NCBI RefSeq assembly: GCF_964204645.1
Contig: NC_134028.1
Span: 9,176,001-9,240,000 of the forward strand
Source of the DNA: Tubulanus polymorphus
Taxonomy: Eukaryota > Animalia > Nemertea
Length of the DNA stretch: 64,000 nucleotides
Direction: 5' to 3'
Below, one piece after another: positions 13,234 to 25,169 of this stretch (position 1 is its first letter; the number at the start of each line of letters is the position of its first letter). The notes beneath the pieces were generated by a model that was not told where the DNA came from, did no database searches, and saw only the letters and a program-made list of their open reading frames with translations. The position numbers and the translations under genes were made by a program.

Positions 13234-14628
13234 CTTATAATTAGACTTAACGCTGATATGACGGGTACATGATAATTTATATATTTCGTATGATAGTTTG
13301 AATTATCTTCTATTACTAAAATCTTATTTAAAAATATTTTATGGACCCTCAAGGAGCAACTTCCGATATGCAAATGCTTTTGTTAGAAAAGTAGCAACAC
13401 GTTTTGTTATAGCACCCGAATTCACCGAGAAAGTAAATTTATAGATTGATGCATTGATGCTCGATGTACGTAGTAACCTTAGGATATACATGTAGTTGCT
13501 CCTCGGGGGACCATACGCAGGACAAGCATCATCTCTGTGGAACTAACTACCCATCAATGTTAAAAGGTGTGATTCTCTTAATGCTTTTAAAAATTGCCTT
13601 AAAACATATTTCTTTCTTAATGCTTTTAACTGAATGCTGATCTCTGTCTTATTTTTATTATGTAAAGCGGCAACGATGAGCATTTTGTTTTATATGGAAT
13701 TAAGGCTCGTTAAATTATCATTATTATTGATTATTAAGTTAGCATGAAGAATAATTCATCTACCACATCCGATTCAGAGTGCATATGCGTTGATCATTCG
13801 AAATTGCAGGTCTTACTCATCTGCCCGTTTCAACATATAGGTTCGGCCAGCAAAATATTGAACATATTTCACTCATTTCACCAGTGCGTTCACTTTTCGT
13901 TCGTCCATTGTGATCCGGTAATTTTTGGAAGTTTTAAATACGCTTCAATGGATTGTCTTGATATGTGGTTTATACATGTATCTACCTTAGGCACATTTCA
14001 GCCAAAATACCAGCCCGATCAGAATTAAGATGGCCGACTCACGGCTATTTTTGTTCGTCAGCAATTTCTACTCATATTTGGAAGTTTTCCAGGGAGATTT
14101 TTAAGAGTCTTCAATCAATTATGTTGATATCTCATATGTGTTTGTATGCCGCGCCCATCAGCATTGGGACAATTGGACTGATCGTACACAAGATGTCTTG
14201 AGACCTTATCATGTCAAAAAGATGTTTTTTTGCCTGAATTCCAAGATCTGTAGCTTCCGTATGATTTGCGCGCCATTTCTCGATGGTTATACTCTGAGAT
14301 GGGCCGTCAGACGTGTCTTTCAATCAGTCAATTGTCACACAATCGGCGGCCATCTTAGTGTCATCAGTCCTCATTTGTAGATGGAATAAGGATTTTGAGG
14401 AAAATATCAACAGGAATATTGAATTATAATATTATGATATTTGAAATCAAAATGTTTCTTTTTTAATTTTCAAATGTTCCAACATGTTCTAAAACGAGGT
14501 TTTCATGTTCATTTCATTAAGCTATGACTATTTTCGGGGGGCGGTTTCTCTGTGTATCTCATAAGTCGTTATCTATTTTGTACAGATGTACATTTACATT
14601 TTTTTTCGATATTTGCGGTACAAATTTT

Positions 14629-15663
14629 CTACATTCGCTTTTCTAGCCGATGACAGCTCAAAAACCAAATAAGTGTTTTTCCGAAACCTTTTCGGATACC
14701 CAAATATACGAATAGATTTATCATCGAATTGATGGCGTGTAATAACTGCGCAGAATGATACGGCCGATACCATTTTTTGCTATTGTTTTCCGGTAAAAGC
14801 GCCGGCAAAAACGTGTTTATAACACCCATCATGTATTCAACCATAAATATAACGTTTAGGACTAGTATTGTCATTGTTATTTGTCGACCTTGTTTGCTTT
14901 CGGTCGAATTCGATTCATCGTCCTCGTCGATTTGTTGAAGTTTCCGGCGCGTGCGAGCCGCGTCCCGCACCAATAAATACATGTGACCGTTACACGCTAA
15001 AACAAAGGTACCTGGGATAAACAGAAGCACAACTTTGGCAAATACAAAATCGTAATACATTGCATATCGTTTATTTAGAAGTAGTAATTTTCTAAGATGC
15101 ACATATGCGCATGGGTGATTGGGCATCACCACGTAAGACTCTTTATCCCAAATAGTCGGTATCTCGAAGATAAAAGTAAGAATCCAAATGGCTATCGAAA
15201 CGCGTAATGCATTTTGAATTGTGCATATTTGTCTCGCAGAAAGGGGAAATCGAATCGCTATATAGCGGTCTATACCCAACGCGAAAAGCAGCCACGGACT
15301 TGTAGTCTTGGTCATCTGAAATATGAAATCAACATAAATATAAACGTGACGGAAATACTGTTGATAAATGCGATTATACCGAACGTGTTCGAACGGGTAG
15401 TCCCTCGAAAGAATCATCAAATCGCGCCCGAACATTACTGCAGTTAAACAATTCATCATATCGGCAATAGCGAGCACTTCCAAGTATAAAATACTGCTTC
15501 CTCGAACTTTCATCAGGCGGAGAACTATGAATGCGAGACAGTTGGCGACTCCGCCGATGCTGTAAAGGATCACACGAATTAACGTCATGACGGTAGCGTA
15601 CGTGTACGTACCTTCGGCACCGTCGCATGATTTACCGCAACATATAACCGTTTCATTTGCCAT
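14629..15663 (-). CDS. Rhodopsin-class GPCR, FMRFamide/peptide-receptor-like (family A, copy 1), 344 aa
   Basis: Seven hydrophobic segments, N-terminal NET sequon, LAIAD in TM2, DRY after TM3, NSMINLFVY in TM7; uninterrupted ORF. Confidence 0.93.
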   Translation of the reverse strand: MANETVICCGKSCDGAEGTYTYATVMTLIRVILYSIGGVANCLAFIVLRLMKVRGSSILYLEVLAIADMMNCLTAVMFGRDLMILSRDYPFEHVRYNRIYQQYFRHVYIYVDFIFQMTKTTSPWLLFALGIDRYIAIRFPLSARQICTIQNALRVSIAIWILTFIFEIPTIWDKESYVVMPNHPCAYVHLRKLLLLNKRYAMYYDFVFAKVVLLFIPGTFVLACNGHMYLLVRDAARTRRKLQQIDEDDESNSTESKQGRQITMTILVLNVIFMVEYMMGVINTFLPALLPENNSKKWYRPYHSAQLLHAINSMINLFVYLGIRKGFGKTLIWFLSCHRLEKRM

Positions 15664-16475
15664 CGCTACGTATTGTTAGCTTTCATCGCAACAAAAAAAT
15701 CAAGTTATAATACCCGCACATAATGCCGCACATCTTTTCCGACGCTTGGTTTGCCTTCGTACGAAACATTTTTACGTAGCGTTTTCTAATAACAATCTTC
15801 GCTCGGTGTCTGTTGGCATCCCTTCCTAGTCTGTAATTTTCCTCACGTCTAGAGGTATAATTTCTATCCCGATACTCTTAGCTCAGCAAAGGTTGTAATT
15901 CAAAGAACAGCGCACATTCATGGAAACTAACGTACGTATGAGATTCTTTTATTCGAATGCGCTCTGTTCACTACACTAGCTCATGAAAGCTATGAAAGAC
16001 TTACAAATTCTAATCCGAGATAAGAGAAATGAGTGTAGGTCATTTATATTCTATTTTCCCACGCAGTAGAACACATAAATCTCATAACAAGTTTGAAATG
16101 GATAAGAATGTCACCACGTCCCCTAATGAAACCGCTTATTTTTTGATTCTATATCAATAGGTCTTAACAGTGATAGAAATAATACACGTGTTTGCAGTTT
16201 ACCCACGGTCCAAGCAGCAACCTTGCAGAATTAAGTATTTCAGCTGAAATGTATCTGCCAATTCTATCGAAAGTTCATTAATGACTTCGTTGAATTGCTT
16301 TATCTTTTTGTGCTGTAATATAATGTAGTAAATATGTAGTAAATGATTTAATGTGCCGAAAATTGGAAAATTGCATCATGGACTATAAATTTCGTCTCGG
16401 ATTTCCCTGAATGATTTCTCTGAATGATTTCCAAAGCAAAATCCAACCAAAGGCATGAGTAATTGTATATATGTC

Positions 16476-18660
16476 GTTTCAGATCAAAGGTCAAAAGGTC
16501 GAGCTCATAAAAAAGAAAAAAAGAAATCCTCGCATGCTCGAATTTATTTCTTATTTCTTAATCACTCAACGTTTCAACCTTTAATCTGAAACAATTAACA
16601 ATATTGATATATATGAACATTATTTAAAATGAATATTCAAAATATACAGTGAATTCTTAAATAGAATTAAAGATACTACAAATGTCAAATCTGTAGATTA
16701 TAAATTCAAAAAGTTAACAGAATTAACATTACATAAGAAATATTTAATTACAAATATTGAAACATATACTAGTAGATATGGTAATAAATTAGTTATTGAC
16801 TTATATATAGAATATATCCTTAGAATGTAAAGGACCAAAAGGAAATAAATACAAATTCAGTACATATTTACCAGATAGATTTCATAGATTATCTAGTGAA
16901 GATATTGAAGAATTATATTCAGGTGATTTCTATTTCATATACAAAGGTCAAGATGAAAAAGGGCACCATGATATAGATTTCGAATAAAAATTCAATTTTT
17001 AACATACAAAGTGCGAGTAAAGTGTAAGTGAAATAATTCATATCAAAAACATTGAGTATTTATATTTATATGCGTTAGATTCTTGATTTTTTAACATAAA
17101 AAGTGCGAGTAAAGTGTGATTGAATAAATTTTATATTTTAAACATATTTTGATATTCATATTTGTATGAGTAAGATTTTTTAACATTAAAAGTGTGAGTT
17201 AAGTGTGAGAAATAATTCATATTTTAACATTGAATATATATATCTTAATGAGTTAGATTTATTTTGATAAAAGTTTTGTTATAAAATGAAGAAAGAAGAA
17301 GAGGAACCCAAATTTAAAATCGAAATCAATGAAACTAATAACTTATTTTCATTATTAAACATCAAAAGTTATATCTCAGAGATACTTTAGATATAATGCG
17401 CCAAAATTCCTAGAATATTTAATACAGTTTTAAAATGTAAAAGTAATTTAGATAAAAACATAATAAATATTCTTGAAACCCCTTTTAATGAAAGAAATGA
17501 TGATTTAATACTTTCTAAAGGGTCCAATGATTTGATTAACTTAAGAATTAATAAACAACAATTATATCATTTTATTTTGATAATAAACAAATTATATATA
17601 TAAGATGTAACAAATTGAGTATTTTAACACTCATTTGTATAGTTAAAATATGATAAATCAAATTAAAAGTCTTAATCCTCTAAATCATTTTCTTAGTTAC
17701 CTTTTTATTTTTTTTCTATTTCTATGATTATTTCCATTTGATTTCTTTAATTTCTTACTCAATTTCTATTTTCATTCATCAAATCTATATATCTAGTATC
17801 GTTACCGATATTCTCATAATAAAAGTATAGCGCAGCCAATATTAAACCTCCAGCAACTAAATAATGTTATAAATCACTTTTTCCAGTTGGAATGCTGAAA
17901 TCATTCTCATTCATTTATTTAAAATATTTAAGTAATTTGAAATATCTTATTTTCAATATTTTAGTTTTATAATCATTTTTAAAATGTAAAACTTTTAAAT
18001 GATTAAATCAAATAACAATTTAACATTTTAACAATTAAACAGTTATTCATTAACTAATTTCACAATGTTTTAACTATCATATATTTGAAATTTTGCAATT
18101 ACTCATACAGCTTATTTTTTCAATATAGAATCAATTATTATTCTTTCCATAATTGATATGTTTAATTGTCTGAAAATGCTTCGATTTATGTGATCTTAAA
18201 TACTTGCCGCCACAATAACAATACACTTTCTCATTAGGATTAAACTTTTTAAATTCATTATCTAAATCACATTTTATTCCAATATCTTTAAAAGATTTAT
18301 TATTATCTAATTCACATTGAATTCCAATATTTGATGAATTTTCATTATGGATAATTTGTTTATTATCAAAATTAAAATGATATAATTGTCGTTTTTCAAT
18401 TCTTAAGTTAATCAAATCATTGTAACCTTCCAAAAGTATTAAATCATCATTTCTTTCATTAAAAGGAGTTTCAAGAATATCTATTATGTTTTCATCTAAA
18501 TTACCTTTACAATTTAAAACTGTATTAAATATTCTAGGATTTTTGGCGCCATTATCTAAAGTATCTATAAGTTCAGTAATTAAATGGTTCTATTAGGACT
18601 TTTGTAATCTATGTTCAGGAAAAATAATTTCGTTTTCATTATTTTCATGAACCCTTTGTT
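16476..18660. mobile_element. Degenerate AT-rich virus-like (Polinton/adintovirus-like) segment with internal inverted duplication
   Basis: Abrupt drop in GC; hairpin at 16476-16592; frameshifted ORF relic 16629-16987; ~90-bp repeats at 16996-17270; zinc-finger ORF 18131-18433 (CYCGGKYLRSHKSKHFQTIKH); hairpin and repeat motif shared with the 62.3 kb element. Confidence 0.55.
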
Positions 18661-21436
18661 TGAGTGTCATATGGAATTCTCATTCCCAAGGTAATGCAAA
18701 TAGTCAACATTTACTTGTGTATTGTCTTGAATGCATGTTTTGTCTTCATGCGGTCAATTCGTGAAGATTATATATCTAACATCAGCGGAAAAGATCGAGT
18801 TTTTTGAAGTTTTATCTTGAATTTCCTTTTCTCATCCCACAGTCTCAATAGGTGTTAGAATGGTATGCGGCCCCATACTGATTGACTTCTCACAGATTTG
18901 TTGGTGACGGCGCCTTTGCAACACGATTGCTATTTTGTGTGAACATGTGGGAAGCGGCAAAATATGGCCTGGAATTTCCATAGAAAACTGGTAACCGGAA
19001 ATTTCATGAAAAGACATTTTTTCCACCAATATGTATCATCTAGGCAAAACAAGACCCTTAACACTAGAAAAAGTTTCGAGGATCAATTAATCATTCTACG
19101 CCCATTGCTATTCTACCTAAACTATCTTGAAAGTTTATTGACACCTTGAAAAGTAATACAATGCTTAATATTTTCGATGATGAATGATATATTATGAAAT
19201 CATATGATATTTAGGATAGTTTAAGTTATTTCGAATTTGAATATATCGATAATTGAATTGAATTGATCGGCAGCCGGTCTAACCCAGTCATATTGATGGA
19301 GGAGATGCACATGCGAATTTTTCACGAGCGAGTTTCAACCATCTTGTTTCTTGCAGTGCGCATGCTCTCCACTCTGATAGTTAACACAATCCAGGTGCCG
19401 TACGTACCAAAATAAATAATTTGCACCCAGGCACCAATTTCTTTCCTACGATTTTACATCTACATGATTTGATTTTATATTATGACAATCAATATCTGCC
19501 TTGGACACTTTTTTAAGTTGGGGAAAATTGATTTTCTGATGCAATTCTATTTTCATCTCACGACTCATCAACAAGATATTTTCTGTGTAAGTTTTGACCA
19601 TTGATCAGTTTACAAAAACGCTAGGTTGGCCCGCCTTGATGGGGAGGTGGTTTTCCATTCCATAAGCTGGGGATACAGACCTATAGTCTATACAGCGACA
19701 TTGCTGTCAACCACACGTTTGCTTATTTTGTTGGGAGATAGTTTAGTAGGTTAGATAAATGTACGTAAGCTGGAGTTCATGGCCAGTGTTGCTATTGCCA
19801 GACAACCTGCGTTGATGCGTACGTCATACATGAACAATAAATAGAAGTAATGTAAATAAACAAATCTGGAAGTAACGTATGTATTCACGTAGGGAAACCT
19901 AAATATGGTGCGGCCATGAGCTCCGACGAGTGCAAAAGGTATTTTCAGGTTATTGCGACGTGTGTAGGTATGTCAACACTCCATACATGGGTGAAAGAAT
20001 GTTGTGACGTATGAATACGTCACAATCCATGAATTCCAAGCCATGTATAGAAGAGGGCCTGCATACGTTACTAAATATGGAATAATATAAAGGAAAAGAA
20101 AGCTCAGAGGTAAAATGAGGCTTGAGAGAAAAGAGGGAGGTTTTAAAACGAAGAGAGCTCGAGGGAGAAAGATTTTGCACATCTGGTTTAAAAGAATGAA
20201 TACGAATAGATAACTTAAGAAGTTGTTCAAGTTATATACGGGAGCATTATAAGAAGTCAAGAACCAGCACCGAAGATCCGGCCTAGAACACAGTAACCCC
20301 TCACAACATCGCCTGGTAGAGATTGGCTTCCACAACAATTCCATGTGTATCTATTTACAAATACAGAAAAGAGCTTGTGCACTGCGAACAAAATGGTGGA
20401 AATTCTCTCGTGAAAAAAAATCGAAAAAAATATTTCGAATACAAAATAAACGATTAATGTATAATCATTTTGAACCACCAATATTGATGACGTAATGCAT
20501 ATCAATGCGCATAGAACCTCTTATAGCGCATAGTATTTATAATATCAATGTATACGAACATTATTATAACGGTTTTTACGGCGTCGAAAAGATTTGTAAA
20601 TAAGAAAATATTTTCGCTAGTATCCTTCATTAACCCTTAATTACACAATGTCAATGTAACTTTCACCTATAAATCTATAGTATCGAACCACTCTTAATTA
20701 CATTCACCATCGCTATATTAACGACCACGCTTTAGGTGTCATATTTGTGTTTTTTAGAACAGATTCTATATATCACCATACAGTGTAAAAATGTGTTTAA
20801 AAACAGTTGTTACGAAAAAACCATTTATGTTAATGATATCCGAGCTGTCTATGACGCAGATGCTATCTCGACGAATGATTTTTTTTCGCATTCATCGCCA
20901 GTTTTATGTAAAAATAAGCTGTAGCCAGACAGTAGCAGTTGTTCAAAAATACGACTTTATGATCGTTCTCATGTCACGTAAATACGCAGCATAGCCCATA
21001 ATGATAGGGATGGTCTTGTCGAACGAATTCATTTATTCATGTTGCAAGCTACTCTTTATCAACATTATGACTAGTACTGGCATGTCACAGCAGCACGTGA
21101 TTTTATAACCAAACCTCTTAGGAAAACAGGGTGCAGTTTCACAGTCCATGTCACGTTTTAGAACCGTTTTGGTTCCTGTAAGATACAGCTATTTTGATAC
21201 ACACACCTCTCTGTATAGGACACCGAGATTTCTTTTAGACGATAGTCGTCGATACAACGTTTTAAGTAATAATTTATTTTCGTAAACCGGTTACGAGGTA
21301 TCCAGTGCAAGCCAACAGGCTGTACATAAAATTAAGGCGCTGGAACCTTGTGCAGAGTGCAGGGGAATGTGCAGTGATACTTATAAATAATGCTATTAAT
21401 AATCTTAATGCTAACAATAATAATTATGCTAATCAA

Positions 21437-21471
<35 letters not shown>

Positions 21472-21589
21472 CAAATTCTAATAATGATGACAACAATAAC
21501 TTATACAAATACAAATGCAATGATAATCATAATTACGGCAATATACTATAACCATTAATATTTCAGTAATTTAGGTAAAGATACTCATA

Positions 21590-21622
21590 ATGATAATAAT
21601 AATAGTAATAATAATAATAATG

Positions 21623-21689
<67 letters not shown>
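21590..21689. repeat. (AAT)n microsatellite in the LINE 3' UTR
   Basis: Visible trinucleotide run. Confidence 0.95.
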
Positions 21690-21824
21690 TTGATTACAAA
21701 TATGGAGAAAGCAAATGCCACAGATAATAATGATTACAAAGATAGATAGTCTAGTATAGCAGTCTAGTCAAGTTTAGTTAAGACTAAACACATACCAAGT
21801 TTTTCCTCAACGGGAGATGAATAA

Positions 21825-24800
21825 TTACGCGTATTTCAGTAATATTTGTTTTTTAAATTGGAATGATAGTGAATTTATGCTGGTGGATGAACGGATAACA
21901 TTTGAAGTATTTCGCCAAATATTAGGCATCTGAGCTAAGAAGGATTTACTGTATAATTTGGATTTATGGAAAGCAGCTCTCGCATAGTTAAACTGTCCGG
22001 TATTGTGGGAGTGGAAGTTAAAATTATGATGAAATAAATTTAGCAGTGGAGATGGGAGGGAGTTATGAGTGTATTGAAATCCTAATTTGATAATTTCCAG
22101 TTGAATCAGATCATGGAATTTAAGTATTTTATATTTTTTGAAAATAGGACCTGTTGGGGCGTTATAAGCTGAGTTTTCGATGAGTCTTAGTGCTTTTTTC
22201 TGAATAGTAAAGAGACTTTTGGATTGACTAGATGATAACAATGGCCCCCACGCAATAAGTGCATACGTTAGGTGACTTTGGATATAGATTATATATAACA
22301 GTTTTTTAGTCCAGCAGGGAATGAGATTTTTTAAGCTTCTTAAAAGATATAAATTTTTGTTTAATTTGTTAATTAATTGTTTTACGTGAGGTTCCCAATT
22401 TAGACGATCATCAATTAGCAAACCAAGAAATTTAGTAGAGTTTACTATTTCAAGAGAGTGTTTTCCAAATACTATTTTGTATAATGATTTGTCAATGGTT
22501 TTATCTTTTGAAAAAAGTAAGCACTTTGTCTTATCTATGTTAAGAGTGAGTTTATTTGAGTTAAACCAGTCAATGTTAATATTGAGATCAATTTTAGCAT
22601 TATGCAATAGTAAATTCATATGTTTGTTGGAAATAAGTAAGTTAGTATCATCTGCAAAGGAAACAGCTTTAGTGTAGCAGAGGTTGTGATTAAGATCATT
22701 GACATAAATAAGAAAAAGTAAGGGCCCAAGGACCGATCCCTGTGGGACACCAAATGAAACGGTATTATAGGAAGAGTAGGCATTATTGAATTTAACAAAT
22801 ATTTTACGATTGCATAAATATGATTTGAACCAATTATAGGCATGACCTCGAATACCATAGTGGGATAATTTAAATAATAATTTGTTGATATCGAGGGAGT
22901 CAAAAGCCTTAGATAAGTCCAGAAAGAGGCCAAGGGAGTGATCCCCCTTTTCAGGATTTTGTAGTATAGAGCCTGTAAATTCTGTGATTGCGTGAGTAGT
23001 AGAGTGTTTTGGTCTAAATCCATATTGGCTGTTATTCAGTATGTTATGTTTGCATAGAAATTTATAAAGTCTATTGTGAACTAATTTTTCTAGTATTTTC
23101 GACATGACCGGAAGTAATGATATTGGTCGGTAGTTATTAAGGAGCTGTTTGTTTCCATTTTTATATAGAGGAATTACCTGAGAAATTTTCATACTATCTG
23201 GAAATATACCATCCTGAAGGGATTTATTGCAGAGAATTGTCAGAGGATCGATAATATTGGATATAATTAGTTTAAGCATTCTATTATTCAGTAAGTCATT
23301 ACCACCAGTGGTCTTTTTTGGGGCTAGGTTGTTAATAATCCTCAAGATATCCTCCTTGTTGGTTGGATTTAAAATGATTGAGTGGGCATTCCTTGCCCCC
23401 ATGTAAGTTGTAAAATTGTTTTTAGAACTTGGACATTTGTTTGCATAAGAGCTACCAATCGAAGAAAAGAAGTTACAAAATTGTTGGCTTATTGATTTAG
23501 GTTCCTCAACAAGTTTATTATCGATGATGAATTTATTAGGGATCCCCGATTTGTCATTTAATTTACCAGTGGATTGCTTCAAAAATTGCCATAATTTGCG
23601 ACTATTATTGGAAAATAATACAATTTTGTTTGCATAGTACGATTTCTTTTGACGCCTTTTAATGTAATTTAAATTATTTCTGTAAAGAATATAGTTTTTA
23701 TAACGTTGGTCAGATTTGTCCAGATTCAATACTTTTTTATAAAGTTGATCGCATTTCTTAGAGCATTTTAAAATTGATTTAGACATCCATGGTTCGTAAA
23801 TATGAACTTTCTTCTTAACTTCTATTAGTGGGGATACGTTATTTATGATTAAATTTATATGCGACATAATGAAATCGTAACAACCATTACAATCGAGCAG
23901 GTTGACAGGAGTCCAGTCTAGTTGTGAAAGCATACGATTTATCCTATCGATATTCTGGGTATTAAAATTCCGAGTATAATGTTTACTGGTTGTTGAAGGT
24001 TTTCGTTTATAACGCACGGTCACGAGGCATGGTAAATGATCAGACAGGTGTGAAATCAGGATAGCACTTTGATGATCAAGACTCAGCGCCGGAGAGAGAT
24101 ATATATTGTCAATTAACGTGGCTGTCGCGTGTGTTATTCTAGTTGGCCGTAAAATAGTTGGAAAAAGATTATTTGATAAATTGATATCCAAAAATTTGGA
24201 AGTGTTTTTATGATGATTAATGTTCATATAATCTAGATTTTGGTCCATTCCTAATATCATTTCGCACTTTTCATTCTTAATTTTGCGTAATTCAATTTCA
24301 CTAGTTCCTGGGACACGGTAGAGTTCGCCAATGATTGTCCTTTTACTAGATTGAAAAGCCATATCAATTTCAATAAAACAAGATTCGAATTTACCTTCAA
24401 TGAACACTTCTAGATCCGGTCTCTTATTATAGGTTAAGTTATTACTTATATAAATTGCTACTCCTCCACGCTGTTTCAAAACTCTGTGATTCTCTATTAA
24501 TTGATAACCAGGAATTTTGCATAACATTGAATTGTAGTCAGTCAAAAAAGTTTCACATAGCATAATGATGTCAATGGTAACATTTTGGGATTTAAGTTTT
24601 TCAATCAATATTTTGAGTTGGTCAAATTTGTTGTTAAGACTATGTATGTTAAGTTGAATTATATTAAGGTTATTCGTATTCATACTGAAATGGTTTTTTA
24701 ACTCGTGCAATTCGAGGTACGGGCATTGATTACTGAACATTTCCAATTCACTATCATTATCTAATAAATTGTTGAGATGAAAATTTTCATTTTCCTTTAA

Positions 24801-24842
24801 TCTGTCTAAATACGTGAAAAAGTTTGTGTTACCGAGACACAT
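21825..24842 (-). CDS. LINE ORF2: apurinic-like endonuclease plus reverse transcriptase, 1005 aa
   Basis: APE motifs NIHSL, LCET, RGGVAIY, IDNIY, SDHLP; RT motifs NYRPISLL, QYGFR, FLDLSKAFD, GVPQGSVLGPLLF, FADD. Confidence 0.96.
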   Translation of the reverse strand: MCLGNTNFFTYLDRLKENENFHLNNLLDNDSELEMFSNQCPYLELHELKNHFSMNTNNLNIIQLNIHSLNNKFDQLKILIEKLKSQNVTIDIIMLCETFLTDYNSMLCKIPGYQLIENHRVLKQRGGVAIYISNNLTYNKRPDLEVFIEGKFESCFIEIDMAFQSSKRTIIGELYRVPGTSEIELRKIKNEKCEMILGMDQNLDYMNINHHKNTSKFLDINLSNNLFPTILRPTRITHATATLIDNIYLSPALSLDHQSAILISHLSDHLPCLVTVRYKRKPSTTSKHYTRNFNTQNIDRINRMLSQLDWTPVNLLDCNGCYDFIMSHINLIINNVSPLIEVKKKVHIYEPWMSKSILKCSKKCDQLYKKVLNLDKSDQRYKNYILYRNNLNYIKRRQKKSYYANKIVLFSNNSRKLWQFLKQSTGKLNDKSGIPNKFIIDNKLVEEPKSISQQFCNFFSSIGSSYANKCPSSKNNFTTYMGARNAHSIILNPTNKEDILRIINNLAPKKTTGGNDLLNNRMLKLIISNIIDPLTILCNKSLQDGIFPDSMKISQVIPLYKNGNKQLLNNYRPISLLPVMSKILEKLVHNRLYKFLCKHNILNNSQYGFRPKHSTTHAITEFTGSILQNPEKGDHSLGLFLDLSKAFDSLDINKLLFKLSHYGIRGHAYNWFKSYLCNRKIFVKFNNAYSSYNTVSFGVPQGSVLGPLLFLIYVNDLNHNLCYTKAVSFADDTNLLISNKHMNLLLHNAKIDLNINIDWFNSNKLTLNIDKTKCLLFSKDKTIDKSLYKIVFGKHSLEIVNSTKFLGLLIDDRLNWEPHVKQLINKLNKNLYLLRSLKNLIPCWTKKLLYIIYIQSHLTYALIAWGPLLSSSQSKSLFTIQKKALRLIENSAYNAPTGPIFKKYKILKFHDLIQLEIIKLGFQYTHNSLPSPLLNLFHHNFNFHSHNTGQFNYARAAFHKSKLYSKSFLAQMPNIWRNTSNVIRSSTSINSLSFQFKKQILLKYA

Positions 24843-25169
24843 GTTTAATTAATTTATACCACGGTCAAATAAGGATTATGAATCAGGGAAAAGAATAAAG
24901 AATAATTATAAAATAAATAAATAAATATAAATATAAATACAATTCCAGAACTTGGATGTATGAGTATAGGTCAGAAATGCATTACTGCTTTATGGACATG
25001 GTTTAAAAGGTACACAATATATTGATCTACGACTGAATGGCCTACTCAGTGGTTTATATAGATACACGCTTTTCGGAACAGTTCATCGTAAAGATCATAA
25101 AGACACTACTCGCTCGTTGATTGTATTGTTTTCTCGAAGTCCGCATAACCACATAAATGAATTTTGATG

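Noticed and set aside
15214-15628. Short overlapping or antisense ORFs repeated in each GPCR-A copy
   Set aside because: Their conservation is explained by the recent duplication of the main gene.
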